A DNA stretch of 32,000 nt from Mycolicibacterium smegmatis (GCF_001457595.1 NZ_LN831039.1:3210001-3242000); one strand, 5' to 3'. Positions 1 through 13,229 are shown, counted from the first letter of the stretch. Made by a program: numbers and translations. Notes: generated by a model not told the origin, from the sequence alone.

Positions 1-1
1 T

Positions 2-630
<629 letters not shown>

Positions 631-645
631 CACCTTCGGCCGGCG

Positions 646-1128
646 TCACCCGACGGACAGGGCCATCGCGAGTTCGCGGGCCTCGGCGACGTTGCCCGCG
701 TCGCACACCCCGAAACCCAGATCCTCGTAGATGCTGCGTGCCACGGTGTTGTCGGCGGCCACGCGCAGGCGGATCGTGTGCACGCGGCAGTCCCGGGCCC
801 AGGCCACCGCGGCGCTGATCAGGCGGTGGCCGAGTCCGCAGTTGCGTGCCGAAGGATCGACCCACAGCGAATACAGGTAGATGGCGTCGGGGTTCTGGTA
901 CTGCGCGCCGATCAGGCCGGCCACCCGCCCGTCGATCACGGCCGCGAACTGCGCGTGTTCGCACAGTCGCCTGCGCCACTGGCTCGCGGTGAACCTGGCC
1001 TCCTGGCGGTAGTGCGGGTCGTCGGCGCCCAGCGAGTCGGCCAGCGCGCGCAGCCGGATCGTCGAGAACAGCCGCCAGTCGGCGGGCGTCAACCGCATCA
1101 CATCCACGGTCACCGGAGTACCCGTCAT
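646..1128 (-). CDS. GNAT-family N-acetyltransferase
   Basis: 160 aa ORF with GNAT motifs: LYSLWVDPSARNCGLGHRLISAAVAWARDCRVHTIRLRVAADNTVARSIYEDLGFGV. Confidence 0.86.
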   Translation of the reverse strand: MTGTPVTVDVMRLTPADWRLFSTIRLRALADSLGADDPHYRQEARFTASQWRRRLCEHAQFAAVIDGRVAGLIGAQYQNPDAIYLYSLWVDPSARNCGLGHRLISAAVAWARDCRVHTIRLRVAADNTVARSIYEDLGFGVCDAGNVAEARELAMALSVG

Positions 1129-3086
1129 CCCGGGTCACCCATCACGAGTCCCTCCCGGCGTGGATCGGCACCGCCGATCCACCCGGATTCGGTCCGTGCG
1201 ATCGCCGACAGCCCGCTGGACTGATCGTCGAGGTTGACGTCGTGGCCCAGCCGGCGCAGTCCGCGCACGAGCGGATCGTGATCGCCGTTGTCGGACGTGT
1301 CGACGTTGGGGTGTTCGCCGCCCACGTTGGTCTTGGGGGTGTTGGCGGCCCCGAAGTCGACCATCGACACCGCCTGCTGCGGGTCGAGGCCCCAATCGAG
1401 AAGGCCGACAACGGTTTTGACGACGAACTGGATGATGACCGAGCCGCCCGGCGATCCCAGGACCGCGTACAGTGGCCCGCGTTCACCGCCGTCATGGTCG
1501 AAGATCAACGTGGGCGCCATGGTGCTGCGGGGGCGTTTGCCGGGTTCCACCCGGTTGGGGATCGGCGTGCCCTCGGGGCTGACCGGTTCGGCGGAGAAGT
1601 CGGTGAGCTGGTTGTTGAGCAGGAACCCGTCGACCATGTGGAACGAGCCGAACGCCGATTCCACGGTGGTGGTCAGCGCGGCCGCGTTGCCGAAGCTGTC
1701 GATGATGCTGACCTGGCTGGTGCCGTGTTCGCGGACCGGCGCCGCGGTGACCGGTGGTCCGAAGCTGCCCGGTTGCGCGGTGCCCATCGTGCGGTCCTCG
1801 GAGATCAGTGCGGCCCGACCGGTCAGATAGGCGCTGTCCAGCAGCGTGTTCGGGGAACCACCGGGCAGCGCGACGAAGTCGGTGTCGGCGACGTAGCGGT
1901 CCCGGTCGGCGTACGCGAGACGCTCGGCCTCCGAGATGAGGTGCACGCCCATGACCGTGGGATGTCCGCCGTTGCGGTCGAGGTCGGTGGGCCGGTGTTG
2001 CTTCATCGCGAAGTGCTCGAGGATGCCGAGTGTGGCGGCCACCGCGATGCCTCCTGACGACGGTGGTGGCATCCCGCAGATCTCGCGGCCCCGGTACGTC
2101 GTGCACAGCGGGTCGCGGGTCTTGACGGTGTAGGTGGCGAGGTCGTTCTCGGTGAGCAGCGACGGCGTGCGCCCGCCTGACGTGTCGGCCGCCGCGGCGA
2201 CGATCGCGCGGGCGATGTCGCCGGTGTAGAACGCGTCCGCGCCGTCGGTTGCGATGGCGCCAAGCGTCTTCGCGTAGGCGGGATTGGTCAGCCGCGTTCC
2301 GACGCGCTTGGGTGTGCCGTCCTGGTTGAGGAAGTAGGCCGACGCTTCCGGATCGAGGCGAAGCTGGGGCGCGGCGTCGAGCAGTGCCGCGGCCAGGCGC
2401 GGGCTGATGTCGAAGCCGCGGTCGGCGAGGTTGACGGCGGGGTCGAACAGTTCGCGCCACGCCTTCTTGCCGTACTCGCGGTGCACCACGTCCAGCAGGC
2501 GCACGATGCCGGGCACCCCGATCGACCGGCCCGAAGCGCGCGCATCGGGTCTCGGTTCGGTGCGATCGGCCTCGGAGATCCATCGCAGGTAGTTCTCGGT
2601 GGCCGCGGCCGGTGCGGTCTCGCGGCCGTCGAAGGCGCGTACCGCGCCCGTGGCGGCGTCGTGATAGAGCAGGAACCCGCCGCCGCCGAGGCCGGACGCC
2701 TGCGGTTCCACCAGGCCCAGCACGGCCTGTGCGGTGATGAGGGCGTCCGCGGCGGTGCCGCCGTCGCGCAGCACCTTGCACGCGGCCTCGGTGGCCAGCG
2801 GATTCGCGGTGGCCACCGCGTACGTCGCGGTGCGCACCGCGGTCATGTCGGTGCGGTAGCCCGTGGCCACCTCGGGTTGCGTCGCGATGTCGCGTCCGGC
2901 AGGCGCGCCGGGAGGTGGCGGTGGTGATTCCGGGGTTTTCGGTACGGGTGTGCCGTTCGACACAATCTCGCACGGGCCGGGGGCGGGCCGACGTGGGCGT
3001 TCGGCGCCGTCGGAGCACCCTGACGCGATCAGCACGACGCCACTGAGCAGGGCGATGACCGCACGCGCGGACCCCAGCAATCGCAC
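1125..3086 (-). CDS. ggt: Gamma-glutamyltransferase, probable lipoprotein
   Basis: 653 aa ORF. N-terminal signal with lipobox ([11 protein letters not shown]), GGT signature [41 protein letters not shown], and catalytic-Thr region [28 protein letters not shown]. Confidence 0.92.
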   Translation of the reverse strand: MRLLGSARAVIALLSGVVLIASGCSDGAERPRRPAPGPCEIVSNGTPVPKTPESPPPPPGAPAGRDIATQPEVATGYRTDMTAVRTATYAVATANPLATEAACKVLRDGGTAADALITAQAVLGLVEPQASGLGGGGFLLYHDAATGAVRAFDGRETAPAAATENYLRWISEADRTEPRPDARASGRSIGVPGIVRLLDVVHREYGKKAWRELFDPAVNLADRGFDISPRLAAALLDAAPQLRLDPEASAYFLNQDGTPKRVGTRLTNPAYAKTLGAIATDGADAFYTGDIARAIVAAAADTSGGRTPSLLTENDLATYTVKTRDPLCTTYRGREICGMPPPSSGGIAVAATLGILEHFAMKQHRPTDLDRNGGHPTVMGVHLISEAERLAYADRDRYVADTDFVALPGGSPNTLLDSAYLTGRAALISEDRTMGTAQPGSFGPPVTAAPVREHGTSQVSIIDSFGNAAALTTTVESAFGSFHMVDGFLLNNQLTDFSAEPVSPEGTPIPNRVEPGKRPRSTMAPTLIFDHDGGERGPLYAVLGSPGGSVIIQFVVKTVVGLLDWGLDPQQAVSMVDFGAANTPKTNVGGEHPNVDTSDNGDHDPLVRGLRRLGHDVNLDDQSSGLSAIARTESGWIGGADPRREGLVMGDPG

Positions 3087-3136
3087 ACCTCGACGGTAGC
3101 GGAGTTCCGTCGGATCGCGGCAGTAACCTGGAAACC

Positions 3137-5257
3137 GTGCCCGATCCAGCGACGTACCGGCCCGCGCCCGGGTCGATACCCGTGGAGCCGGGTGTCTACC
3201 GATTCCGTGACCCCCACGGCCGGGTCATCTACGTGGGCAAGGCCAAGAGCCTGCGCAGCCGGCTGACGTCGTACTTCGCCGACATCACCAGCCTGGCGCC
3301 GCGCACCCGCCAGATGGTGATGACGGCGGGCAGCGTCGAGTGGACCGTGGTGACCACCGAAGTCGAGGCGCTGCAGCTCGAATACAACTGGATCAAGGAA
3401 TTCGATCCGCGCTTCAACGTCCGCTACCGCGACGACAAGTCCTATCCGGTGCTGGCCGTCACGCTCAACGAGGAGTACCCGCGGCTCATGGTGTACCGCG
3501 GACCACGGCGCAAGGGTGTGCGGTACTTCGGCCCGTACTCGCACGCGTGGGCCATCCGCGAGACACTCGACCTGCTGACCCGCGTCTTCCCTGCGCGCAC
3601 GTGCTCGGCGGGAGTGTTCAAGCGGCACAAGCAGATCGACCGGCCGTGTCTGCTGGGCTACATCGACAAGTGCTCGGCGCCGTGTGTGGGGCGGGTCTCG
3701 GCCGAGCAGCACCGGCAGATCGTGCTCGATTTCTGCGACTTCCTGGGCGGCAAGACCGACCGGCTGGCCAAGGACATGGAGCAGCAGATGACGGCCGCCG
3801 CCGAGCAACTGGATTTCGAGCGCGCGGCGCGCCTGCGCGACGACATCTCGGCGCTCAAACGGGCTTTGGAGAAACAGGCCGTGGTGTTCGGTGACGGCAC
3901 CGACGCCGACGTCGTCGCGTTCGCCGACGACGATCTGGAGGCCGCGGTGCAGGTCTTCCACGTGCGTGGCGGCCGTGTGCGCGGCCAGCGCGGCTGGATC
4001 GTGGAGAAGTCCTCGGAGCCTGCGGCGACGGGTGACGCAGACCTCGGACAGTCGGGCCAGGAACAACTCGTCGAGCAGTTCCTCACCCAGTTCTACGGCG
4101 AGCAGGCCGAACTCGGCAGTGCCAGCGACACCGGCGGCGACGAGGCGACCAATCCCGTACCGCGGCAGGTGCTGGTGCCGGTGCTGCCGCCCAACGCCGA
4201 CGAGCTGGCCACGTGGTTGTCCGGGCTGCGCGGTTCGCGCGTGAGCCTGCGGGTGCCTGTGCGCGGTGACAAACGTGCGCTGGCCGAAACCGTGCAGCGC
4301 AATGCGCAGGAGGCGCTCGCGCAGCACAAGCTCAAGCGCGCGGGCGACTTCAACGCGAGATCGGAAGCCCTGCAGAGCATTCAGGAGGCGCTCGGGCTCG
4401 CCGACGCGCCGTTGCGCATCGAGTGCGTCGACATCAGCCACGTGCAGGGCACCGATGTGGTGGCCTCGCTCGTGGTGTTCGAGGACGGGCTGCCCCGCAA
4501 ATCCGACTACCGGCACTACGCGATCCGCGAGGCCGCAGGCGACGGCCGGTCCGACGACGTCGCGTCCATCGCCGAGGTGACGCGACGCCGGTTCCTGCGG
4601 CACACGTCCGACTCGCAGCCGGATCCCAGCGCCGAGCAGCGTCCGCGCCGATTCGCCTACCCGCCCAACCTTTTCGTCGTCGACGGCGGTGCGCCCCAGG
4701 TGAACGCGGCCGCCGCGGTCCTCGAGGAACTCGGTGTCGACGACGTCGCCGTGGTCGGCCTGGCCAAACGGCTCGAAGAGGTGTGGGTGCCTGCAGAGCC
4801 GGACCCGGTGATCCTGCCGCGCAACAGCGAGGGCCTGTACCTGCTGCAGCGCGTGCGTGACGAGGCCCACCGGTTCGCGATCAGCTATCACCGCAGCAAG
4901 CGGTCCAAGCGCATGACGGCCTCCGCGCTCGATTCGGTGCGCGGTCTCGGCGAACACCGCCGCAAGGCGCTCGTCGCGCACTTCGGGTCCGTGGCCCGGC
5001 TCAAGGAGGCCTCCGTGGACGAGATCACCGCGGTGCCCGGCATCGGCGTCGCCACCGCGCGGGCCGTGCAGGAGGCGCTGGGGGTGGCGCCCCAGAACGG
5101 CACCGCGCCCGAGGCGCAAGACGAGATCGGCGACCCGCAAACACCCGCGGACCCGCATTCGGCGGCAACCGACGCCGATATCGAGGATGATCGACACGCG
5201 ACAGGGGCAACAGGGCCCCGGATGAACGGGAGCGAACAACAGGTGGACCGGGTATGA
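3137..5257 (+). CDS. uvrC: Excinuclease ABC subunit C
   Basis: 706 aa ORF (GTG start). GIY-YIG domain ([30 protein letters not shown]), UvrBC region, RNase H-like domain ([25 protein letters not shown]), and C-terminal HhH ([37 protein letters not shown]). Confidence 0.97.
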   Translation: MPDPATYRPAPGSIPVEPGVYRFRDPHGRVIYVGKAKSLRSRLTSYFADITSLAPRTRQMVMTAGSVEWTVVTTEVEALQLEYNWIKEFDPRFNVRYRDDKSYPVLAVTLNEEYPRLMVYRGPRRKGVRYFGPYSHAWAIRETLDLLTRVFPARTCSAGVFKRHKQIDRPCLLGYIDKCSAPCVGRVSAEQHRQIVLDFCDFLGGKTDRLAKDMEQQMTAAAEQLDFERAARLRDDISALKRALEKQAVVFGDGTDADVVAFADDDLEAAVQVFHVRGGRVRGQRGWIVEKSSEPAATGDADLGQSGQEQLVEQFLTQFYGEQAELGSASDTGGDEATNPVPRQVLVPVLPPNADELATWLSGLRGSRVSLRVPVRGDKRALAETVQRNAQEALAQHKLKRAGDFNARSEALQSIQEALGLADAPLRIECVDISHVQGTDVVASLVVFEDGLPRKSDYRHYAIREAAGDGRSDDVASIAEVTRRRFLRHTSDSQPDPSAEQRPRRFAYPPNLFVVDGGAPQVNAAAAVLEELGVDDVAVVGLAKRLEEVWVPAEPDPVILPRNSEGLYLLQRVRDEAHRFAISYHRSKRSKRMTASALDSVRGLGEHRRKALVAHFGSVARLKEASVDEITAVPGIGVATARAVQEALGVAPQNGTAPEAQDEIGDPQTPADPHSAATDADIEDDRHATGATGPRMNGSEQQVDRV

Positions 5258-5288
5258 GGGCTGTGGTCACCCCGGAGGCCGATTGTCC

Positions 5289-6230
5289 ATGAGCGAAATG
5301 ATGCGGAACAGCTCGTCGGGAGTTTCATCAGGGGGCGCATCAGAAAAGGACGGCGTGGAGTCACACGAAGGTATCGACGTGGTGTTGGTGACCGGCCTGT
5401 CGGGCGCCGGGCGCGGCACCGCGGCCAAGGTGCTCGAGGACCTCGGGTGGTACGTCGCCGACAACCTGCCCCCGGAGCTGATCGCCCGCATGGTCGACCT
5501 CGGCCTGGCGGCCGGGTCGCGGATCACCCAGCTCGCGGTGGTCATGGACGTGCGGTCCAAGGGTTTCACGGGCGATCTCGACTGGGTGCGCAACGAACTG
5601 GCGACCCGCAACATCGCCCCGCGCGTGCTGTTCATGGAGGCATCCGACGACATCCTGGTGCGGCGCTACGAACAGAACCGGCGCAGTCACCCGCTGCAGG
5701 GCACGCAGACGCTGGCCGAGGGGATCGCGGCCGAGCGGGCCATGCTGGCGCCTGTGCGTGCGGCGGCCGACCTGGTGATCGACACGTCGACGCTGCCGGT
5801 GCCCGCGCTGCGCGAGAGCATCGAGCGCGCGTTCGGCGGCGAGACCGTGGCCTACACCAACGTCACCGTGGAGTCGTTCGGCTACAAGTACGGGCTGCCG
5901 ATGGACGCCGACACGGTCATGGACGTGCGGTTCCTGCCCAACCCGCACTGGGTGGACGAACTGCGCCCGCACAGCGGCCAGCATCCCGATGTGCGCGACT
6001 ACGTGCTCGGTCAACCGGGCGCCCTGGAGTTCCTCGACACCTACCATCGGCTGTTGGACGTGGTGATCGACGGATATCGACGGGAGGGGAAGCGCTATAT
6101 GACCGTCGCGATCGGGTGCACGGGCGGCAAGCACCGCAGCGTCGCCATCGCCGAGGCGCTGGCCGAGCGCCTGGAGGGCGGCGACGGGCTCACCGTGCGC
6201 GTGCTGCACCGGGACCTGGGTCGCGAATGA
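5289..6230 (+). CDS. rapZ: RapZ-family nucleotide-binding protein
   Basis: ORF (TTG 5283 or ATG 5289) with VTGLSGAGRGTAAKVLEDLGWYVADNLPPELI and C-terminal MTVAIGCTGGKHRSVAIAEALAERL. Followed by yvcK and whiA, the conserved cluster order. Confidence 0.95.
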   Translation: MSEMMRNSSSGVSSGGASEKDGVESHEGIDVVLVTGLSGAGRGTAAKVLEDLGWYVADNLPPELIARMVDLGLAAGSRITQLAVVMDVRSKGFTGDLDWVRNELATRNIAPRVLFMEASDDILVRRYEQNRRSHPLQGTQTLAEGIAAERAMLAPVRAAADLVIDTSTLPVPALRESIERAFGGETVAYTNVTVESFGYKYGLPMDADTVMDVRFLPNPHWVDELRPHSGQHPDVRDYVLGQPGALEFLDTYHRLLDVVIDGYRREGKRYMTVAIGCTGGKHRSVAIAEALAERLEGGDGLTVRVLHRDLGRE

Positions 6231-7291
6231 CACCACGCATCGTCGCCCTCGGAGGAGGGCACGGGTTGTACGCGACGTTGTCGGCCGCGCGCAGGCTCAC
6301 ACCCCACGTGACCGCGGTGGTGACGGTCGCCGACGACGGTGGATCGTCGGGACGCCTGCGCAGCGAACTCGACATCGTGCCGCCGGGTGATCTGCGAATG
6401 GCGCTGGCCGCGTTGGCATCCGACAGCCCGCACGGGCGGCTGTGGGCCACGATCATCCAGCACCGGTTCGGCGGCAGCGGTGCTTTGGCCGGTCATCCGA
6501 TCGGCAACCTGATCCTCGCGGGGCTCAACGAGGTGCTGGCCGATCCGGTCGCCGCCCTCGACGAACTGGGTCGCATCCTCGGTGTCAAGGGACGCGTGCT
6601 GCCCATGTGCCCGATCGCGCTGCAGATCGAGGCCGATGTCTCCGGGCTGGAGTCCGACCCGCGGATGAGCCGCGTGATCCGCGGTCAGGTGGCGATAGCG
6701 ACCACGGTCGGCAAGGTTCGCCGCGTGCGGTTGTTGCCGGGCGATCCGCCGGCCACGCGGCAGGCGGTCGAGGCGATCATGTCGGCCGATCTCGTGGTGC
6801 TCGGTCCGGGGTCGTGGTTCACGAGTGTGATCCCGCACGTGCTGGTACCGGAACTGGCGGCCGCGCTGCGCGAAACAAGCGCCAGAAGGGCGTTGGTGCT
6901 GAATCTGGCGGCCGAACCGGGCGAGACGGCGGGCTTCTCCGCCGAGCGCCACCTCCACGTGCTGAGCCAGCATGCACCCGACTTCCGCGTCCATGACATC
7001 ATCGTCGATGCCAGTCGCGTTCCCAGCGACCGGGAGCGCGAGCAGCTCAGCCGCACGGCCAACATTCTCGAGGCCCGCGTCGAGTTTGCTGACGTATCTC
7101 GACCTGGTACACCTTTACATGACCCGGCACGTTTGGCCGCGGTACTGGAGGGGGTCCGGTTGCGTGCGTCTGCGCCCGGTTCGAGCGTGCAGGAACGGAC
7201 TGTGCCAACGCCCACCGCCCGATCGGTCGACGCCGCGCGTCGTGATCAGGCACCACCGGACAGATCGAGAGGGGATGCCCCGTGGCGATGA
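6227..7291 (+). CDS. yvcK: YvcK/CuvA (GlmR)-family gluconeogenesis/cell-wall factor
   Basis: ORF starting at ATG 6227 and overlapping the rapZ stop (ATGA): [45 protein letters not shown]...[10 protein letters not shown]...[11 protein letters not shown]...[18 protein letters not shown]. The supplied track shows it inside the longer 5447..7291 frame. Confidence 0.93.
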
Positions 7292-8265
7292 CAGCCGAGG
7301 TGAAGGACGAGCTGAGCCGTCTCGTGGTCAATTCGGTCAGCGCGCGTCGTGCCGAGGTGGCATCGCTTCTGCGTTTTGCCGGCGGCCTGCACATCGTCGC
7401 CGGCCGTGTCGTGGTCGAGGCCGAGGTGGACCTCGGCATCATCGCCCGCCGGTTGCGCAAGGACATCTACGACCTCTACGGGTACAACGCCGTGGTTCAT
7501 GTGTTGTCCGCCAGCGGTATTCGCAAGAACACCCGCTACGTGGTGCGCGTCGCGAACGACGGTGAGGCGCTCGCCCGCCAGACCGGCCTGCTGGACATGC
7601 GCGGACGGCCGGTGCGCGGCCTGCCCGCCCAGGTCGTCGGCGGCAGCGTCGGGGATGCCGAGGCCGCGTGGCGCGGTGCCTTCCTCGCACACGGCTCGCT
7701 CACCGAACCCGGCCGCTCGTCGGCTCTTGAGGTCAGCTGCCCGGGCCCGGAAGCCGCGCTTGCCCTCGTGGGCGCCGCGCGCAGGCTCGGCGTGAGCGCC
7801 AAGGCCCGCGAGGTGCGCGGAAGTGACCGCGTGGTGGTGCGCGACGGCGAGGCGATCGGTGCGCTGTTGACCCGCATGGGCGCGCAGGACACCCGCCTGA
7901 CGTGGGAAGAACGGCGGATGCGCCGCGAGGTGCGCGCCACCGCCAACCGCCTGGCCAACTTCGACGACGCCAACCTGCGCCGCTCGGCCCGCGCCGCGGT
8001 GGCCGCCGCCGCTCGCGTCGAGCGGGCGCTGGAGATCCTGGGCGACAGCGTGCCCGACCACCTGGCCGCCGCGGGCAAGCTGCGTGTCGAGCACCGGCAG
8101 GCCTCACTCGAGGAACTCGGCCGCCTGGCCGATCCGCCGATGACGAAAGACGCTGTGGCCGGCCGGATCAGGCGCCTGCTGTCGATGGCCGACCGCAAGG
8201 CCAAGCAGGAAGGCATCCCCGACACCGAGTCGGCGGTCACACCGGATCTGCTCGACGACGCTTGA
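7282..8265 (+). CDS. whiA: WhiA-family DNA-binding regulator
   Basis: 327 aa ORF: [38 protein letters not shown]... with C-terminal HTH region [40 protein letters not shown]. Overlaps the yvcK stop. Confidence 0.96.
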
Positions 8266-8353
8266 ACGCCCGGCCGCGGGGGTACCCGTCCGCGGTCGCG
8301 GTGGCTCCGAATACCTGATGTCCGGCGCGGCATCAGAGAGAAGGGGCAGCACT

Positions 8354-8746
8354 GTGTTCAATCAGGTCAGAGAACTCGTCGTCGGCGTCGCCCAGGGCGC
8401 CGCATCGGTGATCGGGTGCCGTGTGGGTACCGAGGAACCGTCGTACCGGGCCGAACAACTCGCCGACGGCGTCGAGTTGCGGCACTACGCTCCGCGGGTG
8501 GCCGCCGAGACCACGGTTGTCACCGGTGACCGCGATGCGGCGCTGCAGGCCGGGTTCCGGCGGTTGGCCGGCTACATCTTCGGCCGTAACCACGGCGGCG
8601 AGATCGGCAACCAGAAGATCGCGATGACCGCGCCGGTGGCACAGGACGGCGACGCCGAGCAGGGCTGGGACGTGCGGTTCTACGCCCCGCCGTGGACGCT
8701 ACCGTTTCTGCGCCGCAACGAAATCGCGATCCCGGTTGATGTGTAG
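8354..8746 (+). CDS. SOUL/HBP-family heme-binding-like protein, apparently short
   Basis: GTG 8354 preceded by AAGGGG (8341). The product contains EEPSYRAEQLADGVELRHYAPRVAAETTVVTGDRDAALQAGFRRLAGYIFGRN...KIAMTAPVAQ, the SOUL N-terminal half, and stops at TAG 8746. Confidence 0.72.
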   Translation: MFNQVRELVVGVAQGAASVIGCRVGTEEPSYRAEQLADGVELRHYAPRVAAETTVVTGDRDAALQAGFRRLAGYIFGRNHGGEIGNQKIAMTAPVAQDGDAEQGWDVRFYAPPWTLPFLRRNEIAIPVDV

Positions 8747-10082
8747 CGAGCGGGTCTTCAGCACGGTCGTCGACGCCCCGCGCGACGAGGTGTTCGCCTG
8801 GCATGCCCGCCCCGGTGCGATCCACCGGTTGTTCCCGCCGTGGCAGCCGCTGCGGATCGAGGCCGAGGCGGCGTCGCTCGCCGACGGGACGGCCCGCCTC
8901 GCGCTGCCGGGCGGGCTGACCTGGGTGGCGCGACATGTGGCGGAATCCTACGATCCGCCACGGTGTTTCGTGGACACCATCGCGACCGACGGTGTGACGT
9001 CGCTGCCCGCGCGTGCGGTGGTGCGCTGGCGACACATCCACGAGTTCGACGACACCGGCGACGGGCGCACCCGCATGACCGACCGGGTTCAGACCTACGT
9101 TCCCGAGCGCGCGTTGCGGCCCATGTTCGCCTACCGGCACCGTCAACTGGCCGACGATCTCGCCGCGCACCGGCAGGCCCGTGCGCACGGGCTGAAACCC
9201 ATGACCATCGCGGTGACCGGTTCGTCGGGTCTCGTGGGCACCGCGTTGTCGGCGTTGTTGAGCACCGGGGGACACCGCGTGATCCGACTGGTGCGCCGCG
9301 CCCCGGCCGGCCCCGGCGAGCGGCGGTGGAATCCCGACGACCCTCATCCGGAACTGCTGACCGGCGTGGACGCCGTGATCCACCTCGCCGGAGCGTCGAT
9401 CGCGGGCCGGTTCACCGACGAGCACCGGCGCGCGATCCGCGACAGCCGGGTCGGGCCGACGCGGCGACTCGCCGAACTCGCGGCCGCCACCGGTCTGGAA
9501 ACGTTCGTCAGTGCGTCGGCCATCGGCTTCTACGGCGCCTGCCGCGGCGGCCCCGTGACCGAGGAGTCCGGACGCGGTGACGGCTTCCTCGCCGACGTGG
9601 TCGCGCAGTGGGAGGACGCCGCCGCTGCAGCCGAGCAGGCCGGTGTGCGCGTGGTGCGGGTGCGCACCGGCGTCGTGCAGTCACCGCGCGGCGGGATCCT
9701 GCGTGTCCTCGCGCCGCTGTTCCGGCTCGGCCTCGGCGGCCGCGTCGGCGACGGCGCGCAGTGGCTGTCGTGGATCGGGATCGACGACCTCGTCGACATC
9801 TACCTGCGGGCACTGTGGGACACGGACCTGACCGGCCCCGTCAACGCCGTCGCGCCCGAACCGGTCCGCAACTCCCAGTACACCCGCACGCTCGCGCGGG
9901 TGCTGCACCGGCCCGCGGTGCTGCCGGTCCCCGCGGCCGGCCCGAGGTTGCTGCTCGGTGAGCAGGGCGCCCGCGAGGTGGCGCTGGCGAGCCAACATGT
10001 CACATCCGCCGAGCTCAGGCGGGCCGGGCACCGTTTCCGTCACCCCGATCTGGAGTCCGCGTTGCGGCACGTGCTGGGCTGA
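8739..10082 (+). CDS. TIGR01777-family NAD(P)-dependent epimerase/oxidoreductase with N-terminal SRPBCC-like domain
   Basis: ORF from ATG 8739. N-terminus FSTVVDAPRDEVFAWHARPGAIHRLFPPWQP is SRPBCC-like; downstream IAVTGSSGLVGTALSALLSTGGHRVIRLVRR...DAVIHLAGASIAGRFTDEHRRAIRDSRVGPTRRLAEL...SASAIGFYG is typical TIGR01777. Confidence 0.87.
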   Translation: MCSERVFSTVVDAPRDEVFAWHARPGAIHRLFPPWQPLRIEAEAASLADGTARLALPGGLTWVARHVAESYDPPRCFVDTIATDGVTSLPARAVVRWRHIHEFDDTGDGRTRMTDRVQTYVPERALRPMFAYRHRQLADDLAAHRQARAHGLKPMTIAVTGSSGLVGTALSALLSTGGHRVIRLVRRAPAGPGERRWNPDDPHPELLTGVDAVIHLAGASIAGRFTDEHRRAIRDSRVGPTRRLAELAAATGLETFVSASAIGFYGACRGGPVTEESGRGDGFLADVVAQWEDAAAAAEQAGVRVVRVRTGVVQSPRGGILRVLAPLFRLGLGGRVGDGAQWLSWIGIDDLVDIYLRALWDTDLTGPVNAVAPEPVRNSQYTRTLARVLHRPAVLPVPAAGPRLLLGEQGAREVALASQHVTSAELRRAGHRFRHPDLESALRHVLG

Positions 10083-10143
10083 CGGTGGGACCGGCCCCGA
10101 GATGCACTGACCACACCGCACGCGGCGGAAACGGCCCCATTAG

Positions 10144-11208
<1,065 letters not shown>

Positions 11209-11213
11209 TCGCG

Positions 11214-12440
11214 ATGTCGGTCAAGACACTCGACGATCTGCTCGCCGAGGGCGTGCAAGGTCGGGGCGTACTCGTGCGCTCCGACCTCAACGTTCCCCTC
11301 GACGACGACGGCAACATCACCGATCCGGGACGCGTCATCGCATCGGTCCCGACGCTGCAGGCCCTCGCGGAAGCGGGTGCCAAGGTGATCGTCACCGCGC
11401 ATCTCGGCCGCCCCAAGGGCGAGCCGGACCCCAAGCTGTCGCTCGCGCCGGTCGCGGCGGCACTGGGGGAGAAGCTGGGCAGGCACGTGCAGCTCGCGGG
11501 TGACGTCGTCGGCACCGATGCGCTCGCGCGCGCCGAGGGCCTGACCGACGGCGACGTGCTGCTGCTGGAGAACATCCGGTTCGACGCGCGCGAGACCAGC
11601 AAGGACGACAGCGAGCGCCTGTCGCTCGCCAAGGCCCTCGCGGCGCTCGTGGAAGGTCCCGACGGATCACCCGGCGTCTTCGTCTCCGACGGTTTCGGTG
11701 TGGTGCACCGCAAGCAGGCGTCGGTCTACGACGTCGCGACGCTGCTGCCGCACTACGCGGGCACGCTGGTGGCCGCCGAGGTCAAGGTGCTGCAGCAGCT
11801 GACCAGCTCGACGGACCGTCCGTACGCCGTCGTGCTCGGCGGCTCGAAGGTGTCCGACAAGCTCGCGGTCATCGAGAACCTCGCGACGAAGGCCGACAGC
11901 CTGATCATCGGTGGCGGTATGTGCTTCACATTCCTGGCCGCACAAGGGTTTTCGGTCGGCAGCTCGCTGCTGCAGGAGGAGATGGTCGACACCTGCCGCC
12001 GCCTGCTCGACGAGTACGCCGATGTGATCCACCTGCCGGTGGACATCGTCGTGGCCGACAAGTTCGCCGCCGACGCGGAAGCCGAGACCGTTGCCGCCGA
12101 CCGCATCCCGGACGGCAAGATGGGCCTGGACATCGGCCCGGGCTCGGTGGAGCGGTTCACCGCGCTGCTGAGCAACGCCAAGACCGTGTTCTGGAACGGC
12201 CCGATGGGTGTGTTCGAGTTCCCGGCGTTCGCGGCCGGCACCAAGGGTGTCGCCGAGGCGATCATCGGCGCCACCGGCAAGGGCGCGTTCAGCGTCGTTG
12301 GCGGCGGCGATTCCGCGGCCGCGGTACGCCGGCTCGGCCTGCCCGAGGACGGCTTCTCGCACATCTCCACCGGTGGTGGCGCGTCGCTCGAATACCTCGA
12401 GGGCAAGGAATTGCCCGGCATCCAAGTACTGGAGTCGTGA
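11214..12440 (+). CDS. pgk: Phosphoglycerate kinase
   Basis: 408 aa ORF: [56 protein letters not shown]. Confidence 0.98.
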   Translation: MSVKTLDDLLAEGVQGRGVLVRSDLNVPLDDDGNITDPGRVIASVPTLQALAEAGAKVIVTAHLGRPKGEPDPKLSLAPVAAALGEKLGRHVQLAGDVVGTDALARAEGLTDGDVLLLENIRFDARETSKDDSERLSLAKALAALVEGPDGSPGVFVSDGFGVVHRKQASVYDVATLLPHYAGTLVAAEVKVLQQLTSSTDRPYAVVLGGSKVSDKLAVIENLATKADSLIIGGGMCFTFLAAQGFSVGSSLLQEEMVDTCRRLLDEYADVIHLPVDIVVADKFAADAEAETVAADRIPDGKMGLDIGPGSVERFTALLSNAKTVFWNGPMGVFEFPAFAAGTKGVAEAIIGATGKGAFSVVGGGDSAAAVRRLGLPEDGFSHISTGGGASLEYLEGKELPGIQVLES

Positions 12441-12443
12441 ACC

Positions 12444-13229
12444 ATGGCACGTAAGCCCCTCATCGCGGGCAACTGGAAGATGAACCTCAACCACTTCGAG
12501 GCCATCGCTCTGGTGCAGAAGATCGCATTCGCCTTGCCGGACAAGTACTTCGACAAGGTCGATGTGACCGTCATCCCGCCGTTCACCGATCTGCGCAGCG
12601 TGCAGACCCTGGTCGACGGGGACAAGCTGCGGCTCACCTACGGTGCGCAGGACCTGTCCCAGCACGATTCGGGGGCCTACACCGGCGAGATCAGCGGTGC
12701 GTTCCTGGCGAAGCTGGGGTGCACGTTCGTCATCGTCGGCCACTCGGAGCGTCGCACCTATCACGGTGAGACCGACGAACTGGTCGCGGCGAAGGCCAAG
12801 GCCGCGCACAAGCACGGCCTGACGCCCATCGTGTGCATCGGCGAGCAACTCGAGGTGCGCGAGGCGGGCAACCACGTCGAGTTCAACGTGAACTCGCTGC
12901 GCGGGTCGCTCGCGGGGCTCACGCCCGAGCAGATCGGCCAGACCGTGATCGCCTACGAACCCGTGTGGGCGATCGGCACCGGCCGGGTGGCCGGGGCCGC
13001 CGACGCGCAGGAGGTCTGCAAGGCCATCCGCGGCGAACTGGCCAACCTTTCCTCGTCCGAGATCGCGGCGGGCGTGCGGGTGCTCTACGGCGGCTCGGTG
13101 AACGCGAAGAACGTCGGCGAGATCGTCTCGCAGGGCGATGTGGACGGTGCGCTGGTCGGCGGGGCGTCCCTGGACGGCGAGCAGTTCGCGACGCTGTCCG
13201 CGATCGCCGCGGGCGGACCACTTCCGTAA
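12444..13229 (+). CDS. tpiA: Triosephosphate isomerase
   Basis: 261 aa ORF: [51 protein letters not shown]. Confidence 0.98.
   Translation: MARKPLIAGNWKMNLNHFEAIALVQKIAFALPDKYFDKVDVTVIPPFTDLRSVQTLVDGDKLRLTYGAQDLSQHDSGAYTGEISGAFLAKLGCTFVIVGHSERRTYHGETDELVAAKAKAAHKHGLTPIVCIGEQLEVREAGNHVEFNVNSLRGSLAGLTPEQIGQTVIAYEPVWAIGTGRVAGAADAQEVCKAIRGELANLSSSEIAAGVRVLYGGSVNAKNVGEIVSQGDVDGALVGGASLDGEQFATLSAIAAGGPLP

Noticed and set aside
3029-5239. 736 aa ORF on the minus strand opposite uvrC
   Set aside because: Mirror frame of a strongly supported uvrC; Arg/Gly/His/Asp-rich composition typical of antisense frames in high-GC DNA; no domain.
8274-8295. CCGCGG...CCGCGG inverted repeat just after whiA as a terminator
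   Set aside because: Only a 6 bp perfect stem with a 10 nt loop in very GC-rich DNA and no U-tract; too weak to annotate.
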